Source of the DNA: an uncultured Bacilli bacterium
GTDB lineage: Bacteria; Bacillota_I; Bacilli_A; RF39; UBA660
Length of the DNA: 64,000 bases
Direction of reading: 5' to 3'
Assembly: GCA_944332295.1 (NCBI GenBank)
Contig: CALVJR010000003.1
Location: forward strand, 21,201 to 85,200
Part shown: positions 36,185 through 46,033 of the stretch, one piece after another
How positions within the stretch are numbered: the stretch's first letter is position 1
Layout of the letters: each line of letters opens with the position of its first letter
Position numbers and translations under genes: made by a program
Notes under the pieces: generated by a model
The model's database searches: none
The model's input: only the letters and a program-made list of their open reading frames with translations
What the model was told of the DNA's origin: nothing

Positions 36185-36406
36185 ATGAAGAAGTTTTTTA
36201 TTGCACTTATTCGCTTATATCAAAAGATACCTGGCAATTTTCATGCTAGTTGTAGATTTATACCAACTTGTTCTAATTATATGATAGAAGCTATAGAGCG
36301 ATTTGGTGTACTTTATGGTATTTATTTGGGAATTAAAAGAATTCTTAGATGCCATCCACTGGGTGGATATGGATTTGACCCTGTGCCAAAAGTAAGGAGA
36401 AAGAAC
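36185..36406 (+). CDS. yidD: Membrane protein insertion efficiency factor YidD domain (no stop codon of its own)
   Basis: [19 protein letters not shown].......G..L...RILRCHP...GGYDPVP is the full YidD signature. The frame continues without a stop into the next ORF. Confidence 0.8.
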
Positions 36407-37279
36407 ATGAAAACAAAAAAATTATTATTGCTATTTATATTATTTATTACTACTATATTTACAACTACTGGTTGTAAAAGAGATGATATGGATGATATTC
36501 GTATTTTAGTAACTAATTATCCTAATGAATATATCACCGAAGAATTATATGGAGAGCATGCTAGTATTACAGCTGTGTATCCTGATGGTGTTGATACAGA
36601 TACTTATCGTATTAGTAATAAGCAAAAAAGAGATTTCAGTAATTATGATTTGTTTATATATAATGGTTTGATAGAAAAAGAAAGTGATTTAACTTTTGAT
36701 TTATTAGATTTAAATCCCGAGCTAAAAATTATTGATTCCGCTTATGTCTTAGAAACTGATTATTCTCCTGAGGAGTTATGGTTGAACCCTGCATCGTTAT
36801 TAATGATGGCACAAAATGTCCGTTTAGGTTTAGAAGAATATGCTACTAGTACTTATATCAAAAAAGATATTGATGAAAATTATGAAAAATTGAAAGTTAC
36901 ATTATCTGAACTTGATGCAGATTATCGTGTTGCTGTTGAAAATACAGAGCATAAAACTATTGTTGTTGCTACTTCTACTTTAAATTATTTAGAGAAGTTT
37001 GGTTTAAATGTTATTTGTATTGATGAGGAAGCTACTGATAAAACTGTTAGTGATGCTAGGGATTTAATTAGTAGTGGAGAGATTTCTTATCTATATACAT
37101 TTGAAGGCGATAATTTAAACGATAAAGCGAAACAGTTACTTACTGATTTTCCTGATTTGAAAGAACAGAAATTACATAAATTAAATATCTTAACTGATAG
37201 TGATCGAACTAATAAGAAAAATTATATTAATATTATGAATAATAATTTAGATTTAATTAAACAAGAATTATATCAATAA
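36407..37279 (+). CDS. ZnuA/TroA-like substrate-binding lipoprotein (degenerate metal site), in frame with yidD
   Basis: SD AAGGAG sits 8 nt upstream of the internal ATG at 36407. Signal peptide plus lipobox TTGC. Fold-like pattern ILVTNYP...DLFIYNG...ELWLNP...; the usual H-x-W-L-D-P His is absent. Confidence 0.6.
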   Translation: MKTKKLLLLFILFITTIFTTTGCKRDDMDDIRILVTNYPNEYITEELYGEHASITAVYPDGVDTDTYRISNKQKRDFSNYDLFIYNGLIEKESDLTFDLLDLNPELKIIDSAYVLETDYSPEELWLNPASLLMMAQNVRLGLEEYATSTYIKKDIDENYEKLKVTLSELDADYRVAVENTEHKTIVVATSTLNYLEKFGLNVICIDEEATDKTVSDARDLISSGEISYLYTFEGDNLNDKAKQLLTDFPDLKEQKLHKLNILTDSDRTNKKNYINIMNNNLDLIKQELYQ

Positions 37280-37410
37280 TAAACATTCCATCAATTATAG
37301 TCAAAAAGCACTTCATAAAGAGGTGTTTTTTTGTGGTTATAAAAAGTGTGCATAAAAAAAGAGAATATAATTGAACTGAACCCCAAAAGTTGGACAGTTT
37401 ATAATTAGTA

Positions 37411-38196
37411 TTAATTAGAGGATTGTAACCTGTAATTTACAGGAGACAGTCCTTTTAATTTTTCTTTAAGCCTATCATGATTATAATAATAAATATAGTC
37501 ATCTATCGCATTTATTAAATTATCCAATGTTTCATATTTATCTTCCTGATCATAAAACATCTCTGTTTTTAGTATTCCGAAAAAGTTTTCCATTAATCCA
37601 TTATCCATACTATTTCCTTTTCTGGACATACTTTGTTTTATACCTTTATTTTTTAATCTCTGGTGATATGTGTCATGTTGATATTGCCATCCTTGATCAG
37701 AGTGAAATATTAAACCCTCTAAATTTCTTCCATCAAAAGCTTTATTTAACATATCATTTATTTGTTCTAAATTTGGTGATTTAGAAACATTATAGGATAT
37801 TATTTCTTGATTGAATCCATCTAATACTGGTGAAAGATAGATTTTTTCTCCTCTTAAATTAAACCCTGTAACATCAGTATACCATTTTTTATTCGGTTTA
37901 TCTGCTTCAAAATCTCTGTTAATAAGATTATCTGCAATTTTACCGATAGTTCCTTTATAAGAAGAGTATTTCCTTTTATTTCTTTTTAAAGGTCTTAATC
38001 CCGATTTAACCATTAAACGATATACTTTTTTATGATTTACTTTATAACCTCGATTTCTTAACTCTAAAGTTATTCTGCGATAACCATATCTTTCTTTATG
38101 TTTAAAAAATATTTCTTTTATTTTATCAATTATTTCGCTGTTTTTATCATCTTTATCATTTTTAGATAAAGTATAATAATAAATGGACTTTGCCAA
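37411..38196 (-). CDS. IS3-family transposase OrfB (DDE/rve core)
   Basis: DDE residues in WYTDVTGF, FHSDQGWQY and NSMDNGLMENFFGILKTE. The frame is open upstream to the frameshift site. Confidence 0.9.
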   Translation of the reverse strand: MAKSIYYYTLSKNDKDDKNSEIIDKIKEIFFKHKERYGYRRITLELRNRGYKVNHKKVYRLMVKSGLRPLKRNKRKYSSYKGTIGKIADNLINRDFEADKPNKKWYTDVTGFNLRGEKIYLSPVLDGFNQEIISYNVSKSPNLEQINDMLNKAFDGRNLEGLIFHSDQGWQYQHDTYHQRLKNKGIKQSMSRKGNSMDNGLMENFFGILKTEMFYDQEDKYETLDNLINAIDDYIYYYNHDRLKEKLKGLSPVNYRLQSSN

Positions 38197-38255
38197 CCCT
38201 GATACTTTTAGAAGAATCTTTAATGGATATGTTAGCCAAAGTTCCTTTACAACAC

Positions 38256-38762
38256 TTACTTTTTCTTCTGTTGTTGATTCTTCCTTGCTTGAACAACGTC
38301 TCTCAATTTTTTTGAGTATTCTAATTCTGCCTTCAAATATAAATTTTCTTCTTCTAATCTTTTGATTTTTTCATCTTTAGTTTCATTTTCTTTTTTCTTT
38401 GTTACTTTTGGCATAGTTGGACGACCTCGCTTTCGTTCAACTATATTATAACCGTTTTCTTTGTATTTTTTAATCCAATTTTGTAACATTCCATCGCTTG
38501 ACAAACCTATATCTAAAGATACTGACCATACTGGTTCTTTATTTAATAGTACTCTATCTATTGCATCGTGTTTAAACGTTATAGGGTAACTTTTATTTCT
38601 TGATGTCTTGAGCACATCAAATCCATGTATATCTATTAATTTTATTAAATATGTAATTCCTGATTTCCTTTTATTATATTTTCTTGATAATGTATTTATT
38701 GATGAACCTTCTTTGTAATCGTGGTATAAATTTATTTTATCTTCATAACTTAATTTGCTCAT
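38256..38762 (-). CDS. IS3-family transposase OrfA (HTH)
   Basis: 168 aa. HTH region and a leucine-zipper-like C-terminus (RLEEENLYLKAELEY). It ends at the slippery site. Confidence 0.9.
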   Translation of the reverse strand: MSKLSYEDKINLYHDYKEGSSINTLSRKYNKRKSGITYLIKLIDIHGFDVLKTSRNKSYPITFKHDAIDRVLLNKEPVWSVSLDIGLSSDGMLQNWIKKYKENGYNIVERKRGRPTMPKVTKKKENETKDEKIKRLEEENLYLKAELEYSKKLRDVVQARKNQQQKKK

Positions 38763-38833
38763 ATAAAAACCTCGTTTCTATGTCCAAGAAACGGGGTTCA
38801 TATCAAATTTTCTCTTTTTGGTAATTGTGATTT

Positions 38834-39202
38834 TTATTTTTCCTCTTCTGAAATAATAATATTACCTTTATATTCAGAATAGGTTGGAATGTTTTCTGTT
38901 GATCCTTCTGTTTTATCACCTGTTGCAGTATTTGGAACAGTTACATTCTCAATAGAACTTTCATTATTGGTATTACTATCGGAAGTGGATGATGAATCAG
39001 AGTTTTCTGTATCTGTTTCTGAGCTATCTACATCTAAGGTAGGCTCTTTTTCTTTATCTACAGTTGTGGTCTCTTCTGTTTTATTTCCATTATCTACTTT
39101 AGAAACATCTGGTTCACTAAATTTATTAATAACAGAAATCACCAATAGTCCTCCTGCGATTATTAATACTAATAAAATAATATAACGAATATAATTTCTC
39201 AT
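38834..39202 (-). CDS. Membrane-anchored S/T/E/D-rich low-complexity protein
   Basis: 122 aa. N-terminal TM then an acidic Ser/Thr-rich region. Confidence 0.5.
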   Translation of the reverse strand: MRNYIRYIILLVLIIAGGLLVISVINKFSEPDVSKVDNGNKTEETTTVDKEKEPTLDVDSSETDTENSDSSSTSDSNTNNESSIENVTVPNTATGDKTEGSTENIPTYSEYKGNIIISEEEK

Positions 39203-39260
39203 ACTTCCACCTCTTTTTTACTACTCTATTATACTTATTTTTTTTCTTTTTGCAAGCAAT

Positions 39261-39797
39261 TTATATTTTTTTTATTATTCTGCAGGGATTTCCTGCTGCT
39301 AATACATTAGATGGAATATCTTTGGTTACTACACTACCTGCTCCAATTACTGAGTTATCTCCAATATTCACACCTGGTAAAATTGTTGCGTTACCACCAA
39401 TCCAAACATTGTTTCCTATTGTAATTGGTACACCTTTTTCTAAGTTTTTATTTCTTCTTTCTACATCCAATGGATGAGTTGCTGCATAAATGTTTACACT
39501 TGGTCCTATAAAAACGTTATCTCCTATAGTAAATTTAGCAGTGTCTAAAATGGTTAAATTATAATTAGCATAAAAATTAGTTCCTATTGAAACGAAATAG
39601 CCGTAATCACAATGAAATGGTTGCTCGATTGTGAAGTTTTCTCCGATGTTTGAAAATAATTTTTTTATGATTTCTTGCCTTTTTTCAAATTCTTTTGGAT
39701 CTAATTGATTATGTTCATGGCATAATCTTTGGGCATGTAAATGCTTCTTTTGCATTTCTTCGTCATCTGTTAAATTATAATATTCATTTTCATTCAT
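39261..39797 (-). CDS. Sugar O-acetyltransferase (maltose/galactoside acetyltransferase family, LbH)
   Basis: N-terminal Mac domain ([18 protein letters not shown]) and hexapeptide repeats ([31 protein letters not shown]). Confidence 0.85.
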   Translation of the reverse strand: MNENEYYNLTDDEEMQKKHLHAQRLCHEHNQLDPKEFEKRQEIIKKLFSNIGENFTIEQPFHCDYGYFVSIGTNFYANYNLTILDTAKFTIGDNVFIGPSVNIYAATHPLDVERRNKNLEKGVPITIGNNVWIGGNATILPGVNIGDNSVIGAGSVVTKDIPSNVLAAGNPCRIIKKI

Positions 39798-39934
39798 AGT
39801 TATCCTCCCTTTTTATTATATCAAACAGAAGATATTTATTCTATGAATTTCATATAATATTTCATTATTTTCTATCTACGCTATAACACTGTTTTTAATT
39901 ATAATTTTTTTCTTCATAATATCTTAAACTTAAA

Positions 39935-39960
39935 AAGTTATAGATTCTCGCCTATAACTT
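39935..39960. terminator. Bidirectional hairpin terminator
   Basis: Perfect 9-bp inverted repeat AAGTTATAG-N8-CTATAACTT with T-runs on both strands, 70 nt downstream of gene 40031..40705. Confidence 0.5.
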
Positions 39961-40030
39961 AATTTTTATAATTTTTTATAATTAGATTAACTATATGCTA
40001 TTTTACAAATACTATAAAGCTTATCTATTC

Positions 40031-40705
40031 TTATATCAAATCTTGTTTTTTCAAATATATTTTTCTATTGTCTCGATAGGATTTTCCTTCTTTTTGATAA
40101 ACTGATTTTGGAAAGGCTACTTCTTGTGATACTAATTTCAAGTATTCTTCTTCGTTGTTTAGAGAAAAATATGTTACGGTATTATTTGAAATTTCTAAAA
40201 TTTTTTTGGTTGCTTCTAGGATACGATTTATTGTATCGTTTATACGATTAATATCATCTCCAGTAATTTGTAATACATCTTTATCGCCATAAGCATAATA
40301 AGATGGCATGATATCATATTTTTCTAGAAGTTTTTCTACTTCTTGATTTTTCTCTTGGTCTTTAGGTTCTGGATAACGTGTAGGATAGTTTCCGATATAT
40401 TCTACCATCTTGCAACAATCAAGACCTGCTCTTCTACAGATTTCTAAGGTCTTCATATAAATTTTATGATTCTTTTTCGCTCTTTCTAAACAATACTGTA
40501 GCATTACTTTTTTATCATTTGTTGTTTGATGTTGATATAGTGCTGATGCCATAATCTCATTGGTTACCTCTTCTTTTACTATTTCCCAGTCTGGTATTTG
40601 ACAAGATAAAAAAATACCTCTTACATCATCATAATCAGAAACCTCTTCTAATATTTTTGTGTAGTCATAAATACTTTTCGATTCTAGTTTTTTCTTTTGT
40701 TCCAT
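40031..40705 (-). CDS. Hypothetical protein, paralog A of a tandem pair
   Basis: 224 aa. It shares MVEYIGNYP / IRYINHYP and the C-terminal EVAFPKSVYQKE / EIAIPKSVEKE blocks with the upstream ORF. Confidence 0.5.
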   Translation of the reverse strand: MEQKKKLESKSIYDYTKILEEVSDYDDVRGIFLSCQIPDWEIVKEEVTNEIMASALYQHQTTNDKKVMLQYCLERAKKNHKIYMKTLEICRRAGLDCCKMVEYIGNYPTRYPEPKDQEKNQEVEKLLEKYDIMPSYYAYGDKDVLQITGDDINRINDTINRILEATKKILEISNNTVTYFSLNNEEEYLKLVSQEVAFPKSVYQKEGKSYRDNRKIYLKKQDLI

Positions 40706-40741
40706 ACGGTTACCTCCGACCTTATTTTACATTAAATATTA

Positions 40742-41371
40742 TTATGTATAAATTGTTTTCCTCGACTTTACCAGATAGTGAGTATTTTCTTTTTCTACAG
40801 ATTTTGGTATCGCTATCTCATTTTTTACTTCTTGTAATAGCATTCCATCAACATCTTCAAAATACAATTTTAGTAATGTTGCATCCCTACATAGTGCATT
40901 CATCACACGATAAGTATTAGAAAAAGCATAACATATTCTAATGATATCTTCCCCTTTTATTTGTGCATCCTGGGATAAGGATTTCTTTAACCAAATATTA
41001 TTATCTATTAATAAATGCTCAAAACTTTGTTCTTCTTCTTTGTTTACTGCATTAGGGTAGTGATTGATATAGCGAATTAAATTTCCATAGGTTATTTCTA
41101 TTTTTTTACATAATTTAAAAGCATCTTTATAAGCTAAATAGGTTTTTACTATCCCATTACTCACGTTATTTATATCCCTTGCAAATAAATGTTTTTGTTC
41201 TATTAATAACTCTCGAAGACGTAAGTGTTCTAAATCAAAATATGGAAATTCTGTCATATGAAACATATCTAGTAATTCTTCATATTCTGGTATACCATTC
41301 GCTATTTGCTCACAATCATAATATTGATCTAATTCATAATTGAAATTTAAGTAACGATTCTTTTCTGCCAC
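40742..41371 (-). CDS. Hypothetical protein, paralog B of a tandem pair
   Basis: 209 aa. See paralog A. Confidence 0.5.
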   Translation of the reverse strand: MAEKNRYLNFNYELDQYYDCEQIANGIPEYEELLDMFHMTEFPYFDLEHLRLRELLIEQKHLFARDINNVSNGIVKTYLAYKDAFKLCKKIEITYGNLIRYINHYPNAVNKEEEQSFEHLLIDNNIWLKKSLSQDAQIKGEDIIRICYAFSNTYRVMNALCRDATLLKLYFEDVDGMLLQEVKNEIAIPKSVEKENTHYLVKSRKTIYT

Positions 41372-41394
41372 TGGTTCCTATTTTCCTTTCTTAT

Positions 41395-42384
41395 TTATTC
41401 ATGTAAAGAACTTTTAGGAAAGATGATAATTACTGTTGTATATTCTTTTTCTTTACTTTCGATATTAATATTCAAATGAAGTCTATCACACAACTTCCTA
41501 CATAAATATAATCCCATCCCTGTAGAATGCTCTTTTTTTCTATTACTTCCCGTAAACCCTTTTTCAAACATTCTAGAGATATCACTTTCTTTGATACCGC
41601 AACCATTATCCCTAATTTCTAAAATTACTTTATTTTTATCTTCAATCACTTGTATTTTAATTTTCTTTTCATCCTTATCCATATATTTTATGGAATTATT
41701 CAAGATTTGGTTTAGAATAAATATCACCCATTTTTCATCAGTTGCGACAAAAAAATCTGAATTTTCTATCTCAATTACAATTTTATTTGCTAAAAAATAA
41801 TCTTTATTTTGCATCATTACTTGATGAATTATCTCTGATAATTTTATTTTCTTAATAAAATAATCTTTTTCCGTATTTTCACTTCTAGCATAATATAGTA
41901 CTTGTTCTACTAGATTATCTATCTTTTTTACTTCCTGTTTTAATTCTTTATCATTTTTATTATCACTATATAATGAGATGGCTGCTAGTGGAGTTTTTAC
42001 TTCATGAACAAATGTTTCGATATACTCCTCATAATCTTGGTATTTATGTTCTAATTCCGTAATTTTATCATTCATTGCTTTCGTTGCTTTTCTTAACGCA
42101 TAATAATATGCTTCATTTTCCAAATTCTTTGGTTTTTTTAATAATTCTGATACTAAATATTTTTCATCTAACTCATCTACCATATTTTTAATATTTTGAT
42201 TTTTCTTTTTCACAAGTAAATAACTAATTATAAGGTAGATAGATAATAAAATAAGATATATCAATACAGATAGTGTTAAAAAACTAGTATCCATATCTAG
42301 CAAGAACATAATAATTAATTGTAATAAAACAAAAGCTAGATACCAAAGAATCAATCCAATTTTCTCTTCTATATAATTTATCAT
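41395..42384 (-). CDS. BceS-type intramembrane-sensing histidine kinase (module 1)
   Basis: Two N-terminal TMs with a minimal loop. H-box FVHEVKTPLAAI, and N/G boxes (NSIKY, DNGCGI, GTGMGLYL). Confidence 0.85.
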   Translation of the reverse strand: MINYIEEKIGLILWYLAFVLLQLIIMFLLDMDTSFLTLSVLIYLILLSIYLIISYLLVKKKNQNIKNMVDELDEKYLVSELLKKPKNLENEAYYYALRKATKAMNDKITELEHKYQDYEEYIETFVHEVKTPLAAISLYSDNKNDKELKQEVKKIDNLVEQVLYYARSENTEKDYFIKKIKLSEIIHQVMMQNKDYFLANKIVIEIENSDFFVATDEKWVIFILNQILNNSIKYMDKDEKKIKIQVIEDKNKVILEIRDNGCGIKESDISRMFEKGFTGSNRKKEHSTGMGLYLCRKLCDRLHLNINIESKEKEYTTVIIIFPKSSLHE

Positions 42385-43046
42385 CCTATTCTATATCCTT
42401 TCTTACGAATGGTTTTTATGAACTCTTCTAGTCCTATTTCTTCTAATTTCTTACGAAGTCTATTGATATTTACTGTTAAAATATTATCGTCTAAATAATA
42501 TTTTTCATTCCATAGATAGTCTAGAAGTTCTTCTTTGGTAATTATTTTTTTAGGATTTGTAAAGAAATAATAAAGAATTCGAAATTCATTTCTTGTTAGT
42601 TCTACCGAATTGTCTTGATATTTTACTAGAGATAAGTGTAAATCTAGAGTGACGCCATCTAGTTTAATCTCTTTATATTGCACTGGATCTTTTTGTCTCA
42701 TTGTTCGTTTTATTTTTTCTAATAAAATATCTTTGTTGTATGGTTTTGTAATAAAGTCATCTCCACCAGATATAATACTTTTTAATTCATTTTCATCACC
42801 TGTACAACTTGTGACAAAAATAATTGGAACCTGTTCTTTTTCTTTTATCTTTTTACAGATATCGAAACCATTTTGATTTGGTAAATTGATATCTAATAGA
42901 ATTAAATCCTTTTCCTCTTTTTTTATTTCTTCTAATATATCTTTAGTAAAATCTTCTATCATTATTATTTCATATTGATTATGCTCTAATAAAGTTTTTA
43001 GTTCTTGTCTTATCTTGATATCATCTTCTATAATTAATATTTTCAT
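42381..43046 (-). CDS. OmpR/BceR-type response regulator (module 1)
   Basis: Receiver domain (ILLDINLP, KPY) plus a winged-helix C-terminus. ATGA overlap with the kinase gene. Confidence 0.9.
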   Translation of the reverse strand: MKILIIEDDIKIRQELKTLLEHNQYEIIMIEDFTKDILEEIKKEEKDLILLDINLPNQNGFDICKKIKEKEQVPIIFVTSCTGDENELKSIISGGDDFITKPYNKDILLEKIKRTMRQKDPVQYKEIKLDGVTLDLHLSLVKYQDNSVELTRNEFRILYYFFTNPKKIITKEELLDYLWNEKYYLDDNILTVNINRLRKKLEEIGLEEFIKTIRKKGYRIG

Positions 43047-43106
43047 ATATCCTCCTAGTTGATTTATATAATGTGTTACTACCTACTAATGTTTTTCATT
43101 ATTATA

Positions 43107-43931
43107 TCATATATTTAGATAGTAGGTTTTTAAATACCATATAGGTAGTGTTGCTCCTACTACATTTAAAATGATATCATCTATATTAAACATACCTACA
43201 TTTAATAATAATTGTAATAACTCTTTCGTAAAAGAAATTATAAAACAGATTAAAATTAAATTTTTAATTTTTTTTGTTTTGTGACAAAGAATTGGTAACA
43301 ATAAACCTAATGGTATAAATAACAGAATATCTAATATCAAATAATCAAATAAATAAGTAATACCTTGTGATTTTGTTACTATGAGAGTTATTGTTTCTAC
43401 GATTGAAGAAAATGGAATTATATTAGGTTTTATATTTAATTTAGGATAAATTATACCTGCTGTTAACTTTGTATAAAATATAGTAGATAGCAAAAATATA
43501 ATATATAAAATAAATAATAACCAAGTTATTTTCTTCTTTAAACTTTGATTATTTTCTTTTTTTAGAAATAATAAATAGGCTATTAATATACTTATTGATC
43601 CTATCAAAATATAATCAGTTCTAAAACAAGATATCATTAAAGAAAAAGAGATAATGATTACTGGTATTAAAAGACATACTATAATGATTATTTTATCAGT
43701 TAAGCTTAATCCTAGAATAGTATGATCTTCTCCAGATAACACATCTGATATATTTAGTTCTAAGATATTACTTAAATCTTGTAATAGAGAAATATCCGGT
43801 GCACCAAGACCTCTTTCCCATTTTGAAATTGCTCTATCTGTGATATGAAGTTTATCTGCTAGTTCTTGCTGTGTCATATTCTTTTCTAATCTTTTCTTTT
43901 TTATTAGTAATCCTATTTTTTTATAGTCCAT
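43107..43931 (-). CDS. XRE-HTH fused to polytopic VanZ-like membrane domain
   Basis: N-terminal HTH_3 (MTQQELADKLHITDRAISKWERG), then TM helices and a VanZ-like C-terminus (FNIDDIILNVVGATLP). The start is taken at MDYKK (SD AGAGGTG; the track extends to 43982). Confidence 0.7.
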   Translation of the reverse strand: MDYKKIGLLIKKKRLEKNMTQQELADKLHITDRAISKWERGLGAPDISLLQDLSNILELNISDVLSGEDHTILGLSLTDKIIIIVCLLIPVIIISFSLMISCFRTDYILIGSISILIAYLLFLKKENNQSLKKKITWLLFILYIIFLLSTIFYTKLTAGIIYPKLNIKPNIIPFSSIVETITLIVTKSQGITYLFDYLILDILLFIPLGLLLPILCHKTKKIKNLILICFIISFTKELLQLLLNVGMFNIDDIILNVVGATLPIWYLKTYYLNI

Positions 43932-44020
43932 ATTATCACCTCTTATCCCAAGTATAACGTAACATTTTAGTTTTTGCACCAAACGATACGTTGAGTAGAT
44001 GAAAAAAACTCCTGATGGAG

Positions 44021-46033
44021 TTATTCTTCAATGTTATTTTTAAATGTAATATAGGTTGCAATATAGTAGATTCCATAGATAATTAAGAATATTCCTATCG
44101 TTATCAAAATCGTTACTAAATAATTCATAGAGGCGCTAGTGACAGCATAGAACAATCTATTTATAGAAAATGCTGTTACAATAGAAATAATAATTGGGTA
44201 GATTACTGGGAATAAGAAATTAACAGTAATTTGTTTTCTGATTGTTTTCTTTATCTTACTATCCTCTACTCCTAGTTTTTTTAATAGTTTGTACTGATAT
44301 TTGTTTTTATTAGAATCACTTAGTGTTTGAATAGAAAGAATTGTTCCAACTACTGTTATAAATATAAAGCTAATATATAATAGAGAGAACGAAAATATCG
44401 TCATTGCTGTTCTGTTGGATGACTCATAATATCCTCTTACTGTTACTGGGAAATAAGAAAAGTAAGTGTCCCCATCTTTAAATTCATAAAATCCTATTTT
44501 CTTTAGTTTTTTATTATCTAATTCTTTCGTTTCTTCTTTTGTATCAAAAGCATAAAGTTCTGTTACTACTTGCATGTTTTTAGCAACACTATCTGGTATT
44601 ACTATTAAAAAACTATTTCCTGTTGACCAACCTAGACGAAAGTTTTCTATTGTTGTACTTTTTAATGATAAAGTCTTTCCGTTGATTGTAATATCATCAT
44701 TTTCTTCTTCTATTTCTTTTAAATATTTTTGAACAGTTTTATCTCCCGTTACAAAGTATTCATTTTCTTTTAGATTAATAGGTTTTTCTCCTAACATCTC
44801 TAATAATTTATTATAATCTGATACTTTTAAATAGGTATCATAGTCATATAAACCATTATTACCAATATCTTTAATGTGTTTTACGACTTGATGATCTTGT
44901 AGTGTTAGGATTTGATAGTGTAATTCATCTTCTATCTCATAGTTTTCATGGATGTAGTCTATATATTCCCAAGCTTTCTTTCTGTTATCTTGCTTTCCTG
45001 TCCAACTTTCTTCAACATCACTATACATTCCTTCTACTAGAATATCATATGGTGCTTGTTGATCGATATTATTTTCATAAGCATCTTTCATCACAAAAGA
45101 CATATTCATACAGATTAAATTTAGTGTAATTAATAAAGATAATGTTCCCAAGGTAAAACCTATTGTTTTTGATTTTGCTTCAAAGTTTTTTGCAACAAAT
45201 AAATTATCATTACTATATTTTATTTTCTTTCTCTTATTGATAAAAGATAGAATAAAATCTCCTAAAGTAAAAGTAATTCCATAAATACTTATGATTAACA
45301 AAATAATAGAAATAAGTAAATATATGGTAACATCTGGAATCATTACTTTAAAGAAATAATCACATAAATATAATCCTAGGGTTCCCATGAAAACAAATAT
45401 TATAAATAAAACATTTCTATATTTTTTCTTTTTCCATATCTTTTGCTCGTTTTTCTTTTCTAAATATAGTAAATCATATATTTTCATTTTCTTCATTCTT
45501 CTACTACTTCTAAATAAAGTAAATGTATAAATTAATATGAAATATAAGAAAGAAAGTAAAATAGGTGCTATAGATGTTTCTAGTGATATTTGATATGGCA
45601 TTTCAAATAGTCTCATCACAATTGCTGAAAATAGATTTCCTAGTACTAGTCCAATAAAAAAGGAAATAATGAAAGATAGTAAACCTAATATTAAGTTTTC
45701 TAGAATAAATAGACGATTAATTTGTTTTTTCTCGATTCCAAGAATCATATATGTTCCAAATTCTTTGCTTCTCTTAGAAAACATAAATCGCATTGTATAG
45801 TTAATTAACCAAGCAATTACAAATACAATGACAACACTTACGAATATGATTGCATATTTTAAATTAACCATCATTTCTGATAAGTCTGTAATCTCACTAG
45901 AAAATGATACAAAATTAAAAGCAAATATTAAGGAAAAAGCCATGATAACTGTTGTGATATAGATAAGATAGTCTTTTAAACTTCTTTTAACATTACGAAT
46001 TGCTAATTTACTTAACACTTGCAACATCTCCAC
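44021..46033 (-). CDS. BceB-type ABC permease (FtsX domains, about 10 TM, large extracellular loop), module 1
   Basis: 670 aa with two FtsX-like TM blocks separated by a ~200-aa soluble loop. It overlaps the ATPase gene. Confidence 0.85.
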   Translation of the reverse strand: MEMLQVLSKLAIRNVKRSLKDYLIYITTVIMAFSLIFAFNFVSFSSEITDLSEMMVNLKYAIIFVSVVIVFVIAWLINYTMRFMFSKRSKEFGTYMILGIEKKQINRLFILENLILGLLSFIISFFIGLVLGNLFSAIVMRLFEMPYQISLETSIAPILLSFLYFILIYTFTLFRSSRRMKKMKIYDLLYLEKKNEQKIWKKKKYRNVLFIIFVFMGTLGLYLCDYFFKVMIPDVTIYLLISIILLIISIYGITFTLGDFILSFINKRKKIKYSNDNLFVAKNFEAKSKTIGFTLGTLSLLITLNLICMNMSFVMKDAYENNIDQQAPYDILVEGMYSDVEESWTGKQDNRKKAWEYIDYIHENYEIEDELHYQILTLQDHQVVKHIKDIGNNGLYDYDTYLKVSDYNKLLEMLGEKPINLKENEYFVTGDKTVQKYLKEIEEENDDITINGKTLSLKSTTIENFRLGWSTGNSFLIVIPDSVAKNMQVVTELYAFDTKEETKELDNKKLKKIGFYEFKDGDTYFSYFPVTVRGYYESSNRTAMTIFSFSLLYISFIFITVVGTILSIQTLSDSNKNKYQYKLLKKLGVEDSKIKKTIRKQITVNFLFPVIYPIIISIVTAFSINRLFYAVTSASMNYLVTILITIGIFLIIYGIYYIATYITFKNNIEE

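Larger units (their letters stand above)
37377..38800 (-). mobile_element. IS3-family (IS150-group-like) insertion sequence, 1424 bp, apparently intact
   Basis: Terminal inverted repeats TGAACCCCaaaagTTGGACA (37377-) and TGAACCCCgtttcTTGGACA (revcomp, ending at 38800). orfA and orfB are in -1 arrangement with the slippery GAAAAAG at 38259-38265. Confidence 0.85.

Noticed and set aside
37371-38806. Target-site duplication flanking the IS3-family element.
   Set aside because: The flanking triplets AAC (37374-37376) and TAT (38801-38803) differ, and shifting the boundaries by a few bases does not produce a repeat.
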